This document shows, one piece after another, positions 1-11,200 of a stretch of 64,000 bases of DNA (positions are counted from its first letter, which is position 1; the number at the start of each line of letters is the position of its first letter). Where the stretch lies: assembly GCA_964016885.1 (NCBI GenBank), contig OZ024741.1, positions 60,636,001 through 60,700,000 of the forward strand, in the 5' to 3' direction. A model generated the notes under the pieces. The model worked only from the letters and a program-made list of their open reading frames with translations, searched no databases and had not been told where the DNA came from. The position numbers and the translations under genes were made by a program. Source of the stretch: Eledone cirrhosa. Its lineage: Eukaryota.

Positions 1-6
1 TATATA

Positions 7-99
<93 letters not shown>

Positions 100-188
100 G
101 TATGTATATATATATGTATATATATATATATATATGTATGTATATATATATATATATATGTATGTATATATATATATATATATGTATG

Positions 189-219
<31 letters not shown>

Positions 220-420
220 ATATATGTATATATATATATATGTATATATATATGTATATATATATGTATATATATATGTATATATGTATATATATGTATA
301 TATATATATATGTATATATATGTATATATATGTATATATATATGTATATATATGTGTGTGTATATATATATGTATATATATGTATATAAATATATGTATA
401 TATATATATATATATACATG

Positions 421-475
<55 letters not shown>

Positions 476-527
476 GTTTATATATATGTATATATATATG
501 TATATATATATATGTATATATATATTA

Positions 528-595
<68 letters not shown>

Positions 596-780
596 GTTTA
601 TATATATGTATATATATATGTATATATATATATGTATATATATATTAATATATATATATGTATATATATATATATATGTATAAATATATATATATATATA
701 AATGTATAAATATATATATATATATAAATGTATATGTATATATATATATATATATACAGTATACATACATATAAATATAT
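1..780. repeat. (TA)n microsatellite with TG/CA interruptions
   Basis: Nearly pure TA dinucleotide array; the YI-rich ORFs here are artefacts. Confidence 0.98.
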
Positions 781-782
781 AC

Positions 783-864
783 AGAGAGAGAGAGAAAGAG
801 AGAGAGAGGGAGAGAGGGAGAGAGAGAGAGAGAAAGAGAGAGAGAGGGGGGGAGAGAGAGAGAG
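783..864. repeat. (GA)n microsatellite
   Basis: Direct reading of the sequence. Confidence 0.95.
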
Positions 865-1357
865 TCACAGAAAGCCGTAATAGAATATTTAAGTAAAAGA
901 TATATTTGCCATATGAAATATAAATGAAATTATCCAGAGGTTTCCGCCTTGTGACCAAAAGCAATTTTCAACATGTCTTCTCTTGAGTAACACAGCATAT
1001 TTCCATAAAATATTCAAACGCTGTGTGATATCGTTCCTTTGACAATAATAGACCAGCTATTATTTTATTTTTCCTTCTTGATGTGTATTTTATATATTAA
1101 ATGTTAATAACATATGTTTGATATTGTGTATTTTGTAAAGATTGGCGAGAATATTATCACAAAATATTATTCTTTTCTTGTTTACTACATTATTTTTCGA
1201 TTGTAGAATATTATCTATACTACTAATGTTTCGTTATCACGTTTCCATTTCCATTCTCAACAGGTAATTTATAATCCAAAAATGAGATAAATACAAAAAA
1301 ATGATATTGAGATTCAACTTCGAGTCAATAAGATTCCAAGGACTTCAGCCGCATGAT

Positions 1358-1412
<55 letters not shown>

Positions 1413-1456
1413 AGAAGAAGTTTATGAAATGGAAATGCGGGTATACAGAATTTATT

Positions 1457-1682
1457 AGGTAACAATTGTTTCTATAGTGTATGGGTTACCTATACCTCAC
1501 TATTTGAATAATATAATTGTTTCTACTTTTGGCACAAGGCCAGCAATTATCCAGTGCATTACTGGTACTTTATTTTATCGACCCCGTAAGGATGAAAGGC
1601 AAAGTCAACCTCGGCGATAATATAAAAATATTATCATAAACCGAAGGTACACTGTAAGCAAACACACCATGTCGTCAGACCT
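1457..1682 (-). ncRNA. Type I hammerhead ribozyme motif in PLE pLTR, stem II loop interrupted by a SINE
   Basis: - strand: AGGU-CUGACGA-CAUGGUGUGU...[SINE]...AUACACUAUA-GAAA-CAAUUG-UU-ACCU-AAUAAA; stem I AGGU/ACCU, palindromic stem III. Confidence 0.7.
1513..1616 (-). mobile_element. 5'-truncated tRNA-derived SINE (family A)
   Basis: Matches the 3' half of the full copy at 4052-4241; flanked by duplicated ATAATATAA. Confidence 0.9.
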
Positions 1683-2638
1683 TTGTATTGGAATGATATG
1701 AAAATATTTTATACACTAGATAAAAGATAAAGAAGGAGGTAGGAAGAGAAGGGGAAGAGGGAAGTGAGTAAGGTGGAGGGAGTCTTAGGATTTAAGACTG
1801 TCAGACTAGTAGAGATTGTAAGGAGAGAATGTTTTGGCAGCAGTTAGCTTAATGAGGCGTGTTAGGGTTGGCGGGGGAGTTAAATTCTTCTAGTGGTGTT
1901 GTTCGGACAAAATTTAGTTAAAGAGGTCAAAGTGGTACAGTGTCACAGACAAGTTATTGGGGCTATTATAGTAGCAGGTTATTTCTAAAGGGGTCCAGAA
2001 AACAGTGTTTAGTACTATTATTATAGAAAGCCATATCTTGTGTATAAACATATAAAACAGAAATTTGCAAACGGTGGTGTAAAAAGGTAACATTATATGC
2101 ATTTAAAAAAAGAAAAAGTCGTTTTCAAACGATGGTTACAGTATAGAGAACGTTCAATTTTGCTGTTCAAAAGTTTGTTTACCGACGTTAAAATGCAGTA
2201 TATCTCAAAATTGCATAACTTGCAGAATCGATGATTTTGCTTATATGCAGGCGCAGCTGCAATAATTTGCCAATCAAGGGAGAATGCTTGATTGTTCCTC
2301 CGGAGCTGCTAGGCTTTATCGGCGAGGGTTGTTACGGAGCGCATTTTCTCGTGCCTGATCGAAGATCGATGTTGGTATAGGCGAGCCTTGAAAGAAGTTG
2401 CGGTACATCCGACGTAATACCATTTGTTGGTTCCGGAATTTATTGTACATCGGTAGACAATATTGCGTGCTAGGCACTGGTTATTCAGTGGGCACGTACC
2501 TGGTTTGGTGCAGTTACAATTATTTTTATGTTTTGCAGTAGAATCCTGGATAGTTTGGTGGGGTTGTAGTTGCGTGTTAGTGCGTTGTATGTTGCTATGC
2601 TGGTGCAACTACTTAGTAACATTGGAATACAAATTTAC

Positions 2639-2667
<29 letters not shown>

Positions 2668-2670
<3 letters not shown>

Positions 2671-2704
2671 CATGCATACACATATATATACCTCTTTCCT
2701 ACTC

Positions 2705-2753
<49 letters not shown>

Positions 2754-3040
2754 AAAAGAAAATGAAATCGAAAATGCAACTGGGGTCTTATTTTTTTTTA
2801 AATATATATATTTATTTGGTTCCTTTACCGGTTTCGCATTTCTGCTGATTTTCAAATGTAGAGTTGAGATGGAGGGTCTGTGGTTTTTCTCACATCTGAT
2901 GTGAGAAAAACCACAGACCCTCCATCTCAACTCTACTTTTGAAAATCAGCAGAACTGCGAAACCGGTAAGGGAACCAAATAAATATATATATATTTTTAA
3001 AAATAAGACTCCAGTTGCATTTTCGATTTCATCTTTTTTT

Positions 3041-3107
<67 letters not shown>

Positions 3108-3147
3108 GAGTAGGAAAGAGGTATATATATATGTGTATGCATGTATA
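2668..3147. repeat. Long fold-back palindrome (centre 2897), probably PLE pLTR-derived
   Basis: CTCACATC-T-GATGTGAG centre; arms are reverse complements with a few mismatches and each include an internal TA tract; right arm has the hammerhead 3' half GAAA-CCGG-TA-AGGGAACC followed by AATAAA. Confidence 0.9.
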
Positions 3148-3216
3148 TATATATATATATATGCAATCATGCGGCTGAAGTTTGTGGTTTTTCTTACATA
3201 TATATGTGTATGTATG

Positions 3217-3254
<38 letters not shown>

Positions 3255-3388
3255 ATCATGTCTTGATTTTTTTAATTGAGTTTGAATTATTTTCCCATAT
3301 CTTACGTTAAATATTTTCCATCTTGACGTTATAGTCACTTATATATTATGAAATACTGTTGGCTTCTTGGTCACATTAGTTTCTCTAT

Positions 3389-3470
<82 letters not shown>

Positions 3471-3550
3471 GTGCGTGCGTGTGCATATATATTTTTATAT
3501 ATGATAAATATATATATGTATATATCTACATATATATATATACATGTATA

Positions 3551-3633
3551 AACGGATGGGCGAGTGGTCTAAGGCACTGTGTTTAGGTCGCAGTCGAGTC
3601 TTCGTGGCGTATGTTAAAATCCCACTTCTGACA
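3551..3633 (+). pseudogene. Degenerate tRNA-Leu copy (derived from a Leu-CAG-type gene; anticodon now reads TAG)
   Basis: GGATGGGCGAGTGGTCTAAGGCACTGTGTTTAGGTCGCAGTC...AATCCCACTTCTGACA resembles animal tRNA-Leu(CAG); T-loop GTTCGA mutated to GTTAAA and acceptor stem broken. Confidence 0.75.
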
Positions 3634-4051
3634 ACACACACACATACATACATACATATATATATATAATACAATATGTAGAAAAGATAACACACTAGAG
3701 AGAGATAGTGCGCCATCAGTCAAACAGGGAAAAACCACAAACATATATATATATATATATACAAACATATACACATTAATTCAGTTGTGTGCATTTCATG
3801 CGGATTTATGTTGCTAATAAAAATATACAGTCGCTTCTAAGAGTAGTCACCCAAATATTTAACACTTAGGTAAGTATTGTACGCTGCTAGTATGCATTTA
3901 CGTTTTCTAGGGTTTTATACTCCTTAACCTAGAGAGTAGACAAAATGTGACCAATAAAATATATACGAGATTTGAAAAAATACATATTTATCTGTGTTTA
4001 CACCTGTTCCAGTACCTGCATTCATGTCTCGTAAAGTAGCGCTTCAACAAA

Positions 4052-4241
4052 ATAATTGTTTCTATTTTAGGCACAAGGCCAGCAATTCACCAGTGCATTA
4101 CTGGTACTTTATTTTATCGACCCCGTAAGGATGAAAGGCAAAGTCAACCTCGGCGGGATTTGAACTCAGATCGTAAAGGGACGTAACTATGCTGGAAAGC
4201 ATGGCGTCCGACTCTCTACCGATACTGCCAATCCACCGCCC
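4052..4241 (-). mobile_element. Full-length tRNA-derived SINE (family A) with 15-bp TSD
   Basis: - strand has A box TGGCAGTATCGG and B box GTTCAAATCC, central GCCTTTCATCCTTACGGGGTCGATAAAAT domain and a tail ending AGAAACAATTATT; TSD CTTCAACAAAATAAT at 4042 and 4241. Confidence 0.92.
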
Positions 4242-4498
4242 TTCAACAAAATAATGATCGGTAAATTAAGTACCGGACATTAACAAATTAGCGACTAAAT
4301 CCGTTCAAAATGCTGTTCCATCGTGGCTGCTGTCCAATTAGGGAAACCAGTTTCAATATAAAAGAACACAACTAAAAGGTCACGTAAAACGGTTAGAGAA
4401 ATCTCATGGTAAAGAATTCATGTCACCCAATAAAGTTATGTACAGGCTAGTCCGAAAGTATTGTCACCCCCTACCAAAAAGAAAATTATATTATCAGC

Positions 4499-6562
4499 AT
4501 GAGGGGTGAATCACCAGGTTTGGATGGTCTGCCCTACGAGCTTTATGCATTTATGCCAGACTTGTTCGGTGACCTCTTGGCAGACGTCTACTGCAACTGG
4601 CAGCAGAACGGGAGCATTCCCAGTTTTGTGAGCCGGGGAGCGGTGGCGCTGCTGAGAAAAGACCCGAACAAGGAGGATGTTATCGATAATTTCAGGCCCA
4701 TAACCCTGCTAAACGCAGCGTTCAAGATTTTGGCCAAGGTGTAAGCAACGAGGTTGGCGCTTGTCGTCAAGGGTCTGGTGGGAGAGGCGCAGACATGCGC
4801 CATTCCGGACAGATCCATACACGATAACCTCCACCTCATGCGATACATCATAGAGAGGGTGGTTAAGTAACCTGGCACGGGTGGGGCCCTGATCAACTTG
4901 AATCAATCCAAAGCATTCGATAGGTTCGATCATTGGTACCTGGCGGCGGTCCTCGAGGCAGCTGGTTTCGGGCCCGTTTTCAGGGGTTGGATTGCTGCGA
5001 TGTACAGCGACATCTGCTCAGTTGTGAGGGTGAACGGTCACCTGTCGCAGCCGTTCAGCATCATGCGCTCAGTCAGCCAGGGTTGTCCCCTCTCGTCCTT
5101 CTTGTACGTATTGGCTCTCGAGCTGTTACTGCACAAACTGGGGGCGATGAGGGGCGTCCCACGCGAACTAGGATGCGGGAAATCCGAGTCGGCTTACGCC
5201 GACGAAGTCGCCGTGGTGCTGTCGTGCACCAGACACGTCCAGATGCTCGACACCGCTCTCAAGGAATACGAAGCGGTAACAGGAGCAAAGATAAACCAAG
5301 AAAAGTCGGTGGGCTTGCAGTTCGGCACGTGGAGAGGCAAGTCCATGCCGTCCGACAGCGTCATGGGGCATTGGACGGACGGACTGGTTAAATTGCTCGA
5401 GGTCTGGTTCGGACCGGACCTGCAGATGGAGAAAAACTGGAACGAGGTGACGAGCAGGATGGCCTCCCTCACCCAGAAATTGGCCGAGAGGAAGCTGTCC
5501 CTGAAAGGCCGGGCGGAGGTGGCGAATGCGTACATCGCATCCGTCATCTGCTACCGCCTCACCGTCGTCCCTTGCCCCGGCCCAACTCTCACCAAAATGG
5601 AGCAACTCCTCTTCCGCTTTTTGTGGAAGGGACGCGCTCCCATGGTCAGACGATCCATCTGCTGTCAACACCCATTGCGTGGACGACTGGGCATGACATG
5701 GCTGATGATGCGCAAACATGCGCTGAGGCTGCGATATCTCTGGTGCTTCCTTGACGGTGAACAGGTGTGGTCGCTCTTCGCTAGGCACATTTTCCCACAG
5801 CTCGTCTCCGTGACGGAGCTGCAGTCCTGGGTCAGAAAAAGACCGAGGGATAGCGCTTGGAAACTGGAATGTCTCCAGGCGTTCACTGCCCTCTGCCGGC
5901 TAGGCACCAGTATCGGTGGAACATCCACCTCGGCGTTCTATAGAGGACTAGTGGAGGGGAAAAGCGACGACGTTCTCGGAGAGATCCCGGGCGTCGAAGA
6001 TGATCAGCTATTTGCTATCTTCCGGAGAACTTTCAGCCCAGGTCCTATGGATAACTTCCAAAAATCCCTGGCCTGGCAGTGCTACCGTGGAGCGTTGCCG
6101 ATTCGAGATAAGCTCTACAGGCACGGAAGTGCCGTCAGCCGAGTCTGTCCGAGATGCGCGCAGAGCGACGAAACCGTCGTGCACGCACTCGTTCAGTGCC
6201 AGGGCATTGCTGACTTGTGGAGCTATGTCGAACAGTTGCTGTCGCGTGTAGGACTGATCCGGTTATCGACTGAGTCCATTGTGCAGATGGTCTCGCCGTC
6301 TTCCTTCGAGGAGGAAGGGCAGGCGGTTTTCATCTGCCTGGTGGCCATGGAGAAAGAGATTGTGTGGTGGACAAGGTTGAAAGGGTTAAAGTCAGACACT
6401 TTCCTCTTCGGCGAATCCCTAATTAACTTTTTCAAGTTTCACTTGAAGATGAAAATCAGGGTGGGGAGGCAAGTGCTGCCTTCTAGTAAATTTGTTGAAA
6501 GGTGGGTGAATGTAGCGAGAATGGTCCGAGTGAACGGGACCGCTCTGAATATACGTCTGTAG
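4499..6562 (+). pseudogene. ORF2 reverse transcriptase fragment with two in-frame stops (4742, 4868)
   Basis: ORFs 4499-4744 and 4898-6562 are in the same frame, separated by TAA codons; no endonuclease domain present. Confidence 0.88.
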
Positions 6563-6873
6563 TTTGAGAAATGGAAAAATTAAAATAGGGCGCTTGCCAT
6601 GTTGGTCAGTGTGGCCGTGGTCTTTTGTGTGGTTTTCGCCACGAGTAACCCTCGGAGGTTTCCCCCTCATTGGGGAATTTTTCATTGTTTCAATTTTCAT
6701 TTTTATTGTTTATATATATATATATGTTTCTATGTCTTTTTTTCTTTTCTTATATAAATAATAAAAATATTTACACGCACAAAACCCACATCGTACAGTC
6801 CGGTACCGTCCTGTACCGTCTGTGATGTTTTTTCTTGATGTCAGCCCTTGTGGCCAATAAAGAAATCATTATT
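4499..6873 (+). mobile_element. 5'-truncated L1/Tx1-clade non-LTR retrotransposon, copy 1
   Basis: RT motifs SPGLDGLPYELY, FRPITLLN, QSKAFDR, QGCPLS, AYADEV; C-terminal CPRCAQSDETVVHALVQC knuckle; 3' UTR ending AATAAAGAAATCATTATT. Confidence 0.93.
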
Positions 6874-6898
6874 AGAAAATCATATTATTATTATTAGA

Positions 6899-7613
6899 AA
6901 AATAAACTCTACAGGCATGGAGGTGCCGTCAGCCGGACATGTCTGAGATGCGCGCAGGGCGACGAAACCGTCATGCATGCACGCGTCCAGTGTCCGAGCA
7001 TTGCTGATTTGTGGGTTTATGCCGAACACCTGCTGTCACATGTACAACGGATCCGACTATCAGCTGAGTCCATCGGGAGGATTGCCCCGCCCTCTTCCTT
7101 TAGCCGGGAAGGGCAGGAAATTTTTATCTGTCTGGTGGCAATGGCGAAAGAGATAGTATGGTGAACGCGTCTGAAAGGGCTGAAGACGAGCACTTACCTC
7201 TTCGGTGATGCCCTGATTAACTTTTTCCAATTTCATTTGAAAAGGAATGTCAGGGTAGAGAGGCAGGTGCTCTCTTCCCAGCTTTTTGTTGAAAGATGGG
7301 TGAGAGAGGCAAGAATGACCCGAGTGAATGGGCCTACTCTGAGTATGTGCCTGTAAATTGAAGGTGGAAAACTGGGAGAGGGCACTTGCCCTGGTGGTCA
7401 GGGTCACCGTGGCTTTTTAATGGGCTTTCTCCACAAATGTCCCTCTGAAGTCTCCCCCCTATTGGGGAATTTTTCATTGTTATTTTCTTGTTACATCCTC
7501 TGTTTTTGTTTTTTACACGCAGAAATGCCCCTTTGTACCGTCCTGTATTGTCCTATACTGTCCTTAATGGCTACTTTATGTAAACCCTTGTGGTTAATAA
7601 AGAAAGTATTATT
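6899..7613 (+). mobile_element. L1/Tx1-like LINE copy 2 (3' end only)
   Basis: Homologous to 6107-6873 (AAACTCTACAGGCATGG...; HARVQCPSIADLW vs HALVQCQGIADLW); same AATAAAGAAA..ATTATT terminus. Confidence 0.9.
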
Positions 7614-7681
7614 AGAAAATTATATGATTATTATTATGTAATAAGAAAATTATATTATTATTATTATTATATATTATAATT

Positions 7682-7860
7682 AATGCTTTCTTTATTAACC
7701 ACAAGGGTTTACATAAAATAGACATTAAGGACAGTACAGAGCAATACAGGACGGTACAAATGGGCATTTCTGCGTGTAAAAAACAAGAAACAGAGGATAT
7801 AATAATAGAACAATGAAAGAATTCCCCAATAGGGGGGGGGGGGGAGACTTCTGAGGGACA
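7682..7860 (-). mobile_element. L1/Tx1-like LINE copy 3 (3' UTR only, inverted, tail-to-tail with copy 2)
   Basis: Reverse complement of 7439-7612 with scattered mismatches. Confidence 0.9.
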
Positions 7861-7903
7861 TACTATAATTAATGATAATATATATTATATTATTAAAACA
7901 AAA

Positions 7904-8018
7904 TATAATTGTTTCTACTTTTGGCACAAGGCCAGCAATTATCACAGTGCATTACTGGTACTTTATTTTATCGACCCCGTAAGGATGAAAGGCAAAGTCA
8001 ACCTCGGCGAGATTTGAA
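7904..8018 (-). mobile_element. 5'-truncated SINE family A
   Basis: Matches family A; TSD AACAAAATATAAT on both sides. Confidence 0.88.
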
Positions 8019-8237
8019 CAAAATATAATGAAAGTTAAAACAATAAGTAGGGGTGATAAGACTTTGGGACCAGTCTGAAGGTTTGAGAATTAGTCTGAGT
8101 AAAAAATGTGTTGGAATCCTAATGGTATCAACGGCGAGTGTTCCAGTTCTAAGCACAACTGTGAAATAAAAATACATATAGCTGAGCATTACAGAGATAC
8201 ATATACCCTTAAAGAAATTCTCAGGGAGATTCGGTGA

Positions 8238-11200
8238 GAGAATGCATGCAATGAACCCTCAGGTGATGAAGATGATGATGTTGACGATGATGAAGTAGAC
8301 GGCAGCGATGATGATGACAAAGACGAAGAAAACGATGACGACGGTGGGGAAGGTGGCGGAGACAAAGATGAAGAAAACGATGACGACGGTGGGGAAGGTG
8401 GCGGAGACAAAGACGAAGAAGACGATGACGACGATGGGGAAGGTGGCGGAGACAAAGATGAAGAAGACGATGACGACGGTGGGGAAGGTGGCGGAGACAA
8501 AGACGAAGAAGACGATGACGACGGTGGGGAAGGTGGCGGAGACAAAGACGAAGAAGACGATGACGACGGTGGGGAAGGTGGCGGAGACAAAGACGAAGAA
8601 GACGATGAGGACGGTGGGGAAGGTGGCGGTGACAAAGACGAAGATTACGATGACGACGGTGGGGAAGGTGGCGGAGACAAAGACGAAGAAGACGATGACG
8701 ACGGTGGGGAAGGTGGCGGAGACAAAGACGAAGAAGACGATGACGACGGTGGGGAAGGTGGCGGAGACAAAGACGAAGAAGACGATGACGACGGTGGGGA
8801 AGGTGGCGGAGACAAAGACGAAGAAGACGATGAGGACGGTGGGGAAGGTGGCGGTGACAAAGACGAAGATTACGATGACGACGGTGGGGAAGGTGGCGGA
8901 GACAAAGACGAAGAAGACGATGACGACGGTGGGGAAGGTGGCGGAGACAAAGACGAAGAAGACGATGACGACGGTGGGGAAGGTGGCGGAGACAAAGACG
9001 AAGATTACGATGACGACGGTGGGGAAGGTGGCGGGAACAAAGACGAAGAAGACGATGACGACGGTGGGGAAGGTGGCGGAGACAAAGACGAAGAAGACGA
9101 TGAGGACGGTGGGGAAGGTGGCGGTGACAAAGACGAAGATTACGATGACGACGGTGGGGAAGGTGGCGGAGACAAAGACGAAGATTACGATGACGACGGT
9201 GGGGAAGGTGGCGGAGACAAAGACGAAGAAGACGATGACGACGGTGGGGAAGGTGGCGGAGACAAAGACGAAGATTACGATGACGACGGTGGGGAAGGTG
9301 GCGGTGACAAAGACGAAGATTACGATGACGACGGTGGGGAAGGTGGCGGAGACAAAGACGAAGAAGACGATGACGACGGTGGGGAAGGTGGCGGAGACAA
9401 AGACGAAGAAGACGATGACGACGGTGGGGAAGGTGGCGGAGACAAAGACGAAGATTACGATGACGACGGTGGGGAAGGTGGCGGGAACAAAGACGAAGAA
9501 GACGATGACGACGGTGGGGAAGGTGGCGGAGACAAAGACGAAGAAGACGATGAGGACGGTGGGGAAGGTGGCGGTGACAAAGACGAAGATTACGATGACG
9601 ACGGTGGGGAAGGTGGCGGAGACAAAGACGAAGAAGACGATGACGACGGTGGGGAAGGTGGCGGAGACAAAGACGAAGAAGACGATGACGACGGTGGGGA
9701 AGGTGGCGGAGACAAAGACGAAGAAGACGATGACGACGGTGGGGAAGGTGGCGGAGACAAAGACGAAGATTACGATGACGACGGTGGGGAAGGTGGCGGA
9801 GACAAAGACGAAGAAGACGATGACGACGGTGGGGAAGGTGGCGGAGACAAAGACGAAGAAGACGATGACGACGGTGGGGAAGGTGGCGGAGACAAAGACG
9901 AAGAAGACGATGACGACGGTGGGGAAGGTGGCGGAGACAAAGACGAAGAAGACGATGACGACGGTGGGGAAGGTGGCGGGAACAAAGACGAAGAAGACGA
10001 TGACGACGGTGGGGAAGGTGGCGGAGACAAAGACGAAGAAGACGATGACGACGGTGGGGAAGGTGGCGGAGACAAAGACGAAGAAGACGATGACGACGGT
10101 GGGGAAGGTGGCGGAGACAAAGACGAAGAAGACGATGACGACGGTGGGGAAGGTGGCGGTGACAAAGACGAAGAAGACGATGACGACGGTGGGGAAGGTG
10201 GCGGAGACAAAGACGAAGAAGACGATGACGACGGTGGGGAAGGTGGCGGAGACAAAGACGAAGAAGACGATGACGACGGTGGGGAAGGTGGCGGAGACAA
10301 AGACGAAGATTACGATGACGACGGTGGGGAAGGTGGCGGAGACAAAGACGAAGAAGACGATGACGACGGTGGGGAAGGTGGCGGAGACAAAGACGAAGAA
10401 GACGATGACGACGGTGGGGAAGGTGGCGGAGACAAAGACGAAGATTACGATGACGACGGTGGGGAAGGTGGCGGAGACAAAGACGAAGAAGACGATGACG
10501 ACGGTGGGGAAGGTGGCGGAGACAAAGACGAAGAAGACGATGACGACGGTGGGGAAGGTGGCGGAGACAAAGACGAAGAAGACGATGAGGACGGTGGGGA
10601 AGGTGGCGGAGACAAAGACGAAGAAGACGATGACGACGGTGGGGAAGGTGGCGGAGACAAAGACGAAGAAGACGATGACGACGGTGGGGAAGGTGGCGGA
10701 GACAAAGACGAAGAAGACGATGACGACGGTGGGGAAGGTGGCGGAGACAAAGACGAAGAAGACGATGAGGACGGTGGGGAAGGTGGCGGTGACAAAGACG
10801 AAGAAAACGATGACGACGGTGGGGAAGGTGGCGGAGACAAAGACGAAGAAAACGATGACGACGGTGGGGAAGGTGGCGGAGACAAAGACGAAGAAGACGA
10901 TGACGACGGTGGGGAAGGTGGCGGAGACAAAGACGAAGAAGACGATGACGACGGTGGGGAAGGTGGCGGTGACAAAGACGAAGAAGACGATGACGACGGT
11001 GGGGAAGGTGGCGGAGACAAAGACGAAGAAGACGATGACGACGGTGGGGAAGGTGGCGGGAACAAAGACGAAGAAGACGATGACGACGGTGGGGAAGGTG
11101 GCGGTGACAAAGACGAAGAAGACGATGACGACGGTGGGGAAGGTGGCGGAGACAAAGACGAAGAAGACGATGACGACGGTGGGGAAGGTGGCGGAGACAA

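Larger units (their letters stand above)
1411..2637 (-). mobile_element. 5'-truncated Penelope-like element (GIY-YIG endonuclease fragment + pLTR), between (TA)n tracts
   Basis: ORF 2309-2608(-) NCNCTKPGTCPLNNQCLARNIVYRCTI...WYYVGCTATSFKARLYQH has the PLE Cys-rich linker plus the VY/YVG...R...H GIY-YIG signature; hammerhead motif and AATAAA downstream on the - strand. Confidence 0.85.

Noticed and set aside
10-896. YI-, CV-, RE- and TH-rich ORFs here and throughout the track
   Set aside because: Translations of dinucleotide microsatellites, which lack stop codons by construction
3551-3633. Functional tRNA-Leu gene
   Set aside because: T-loop/B box and acceptor stem are disrupted; treated as a pseudogene
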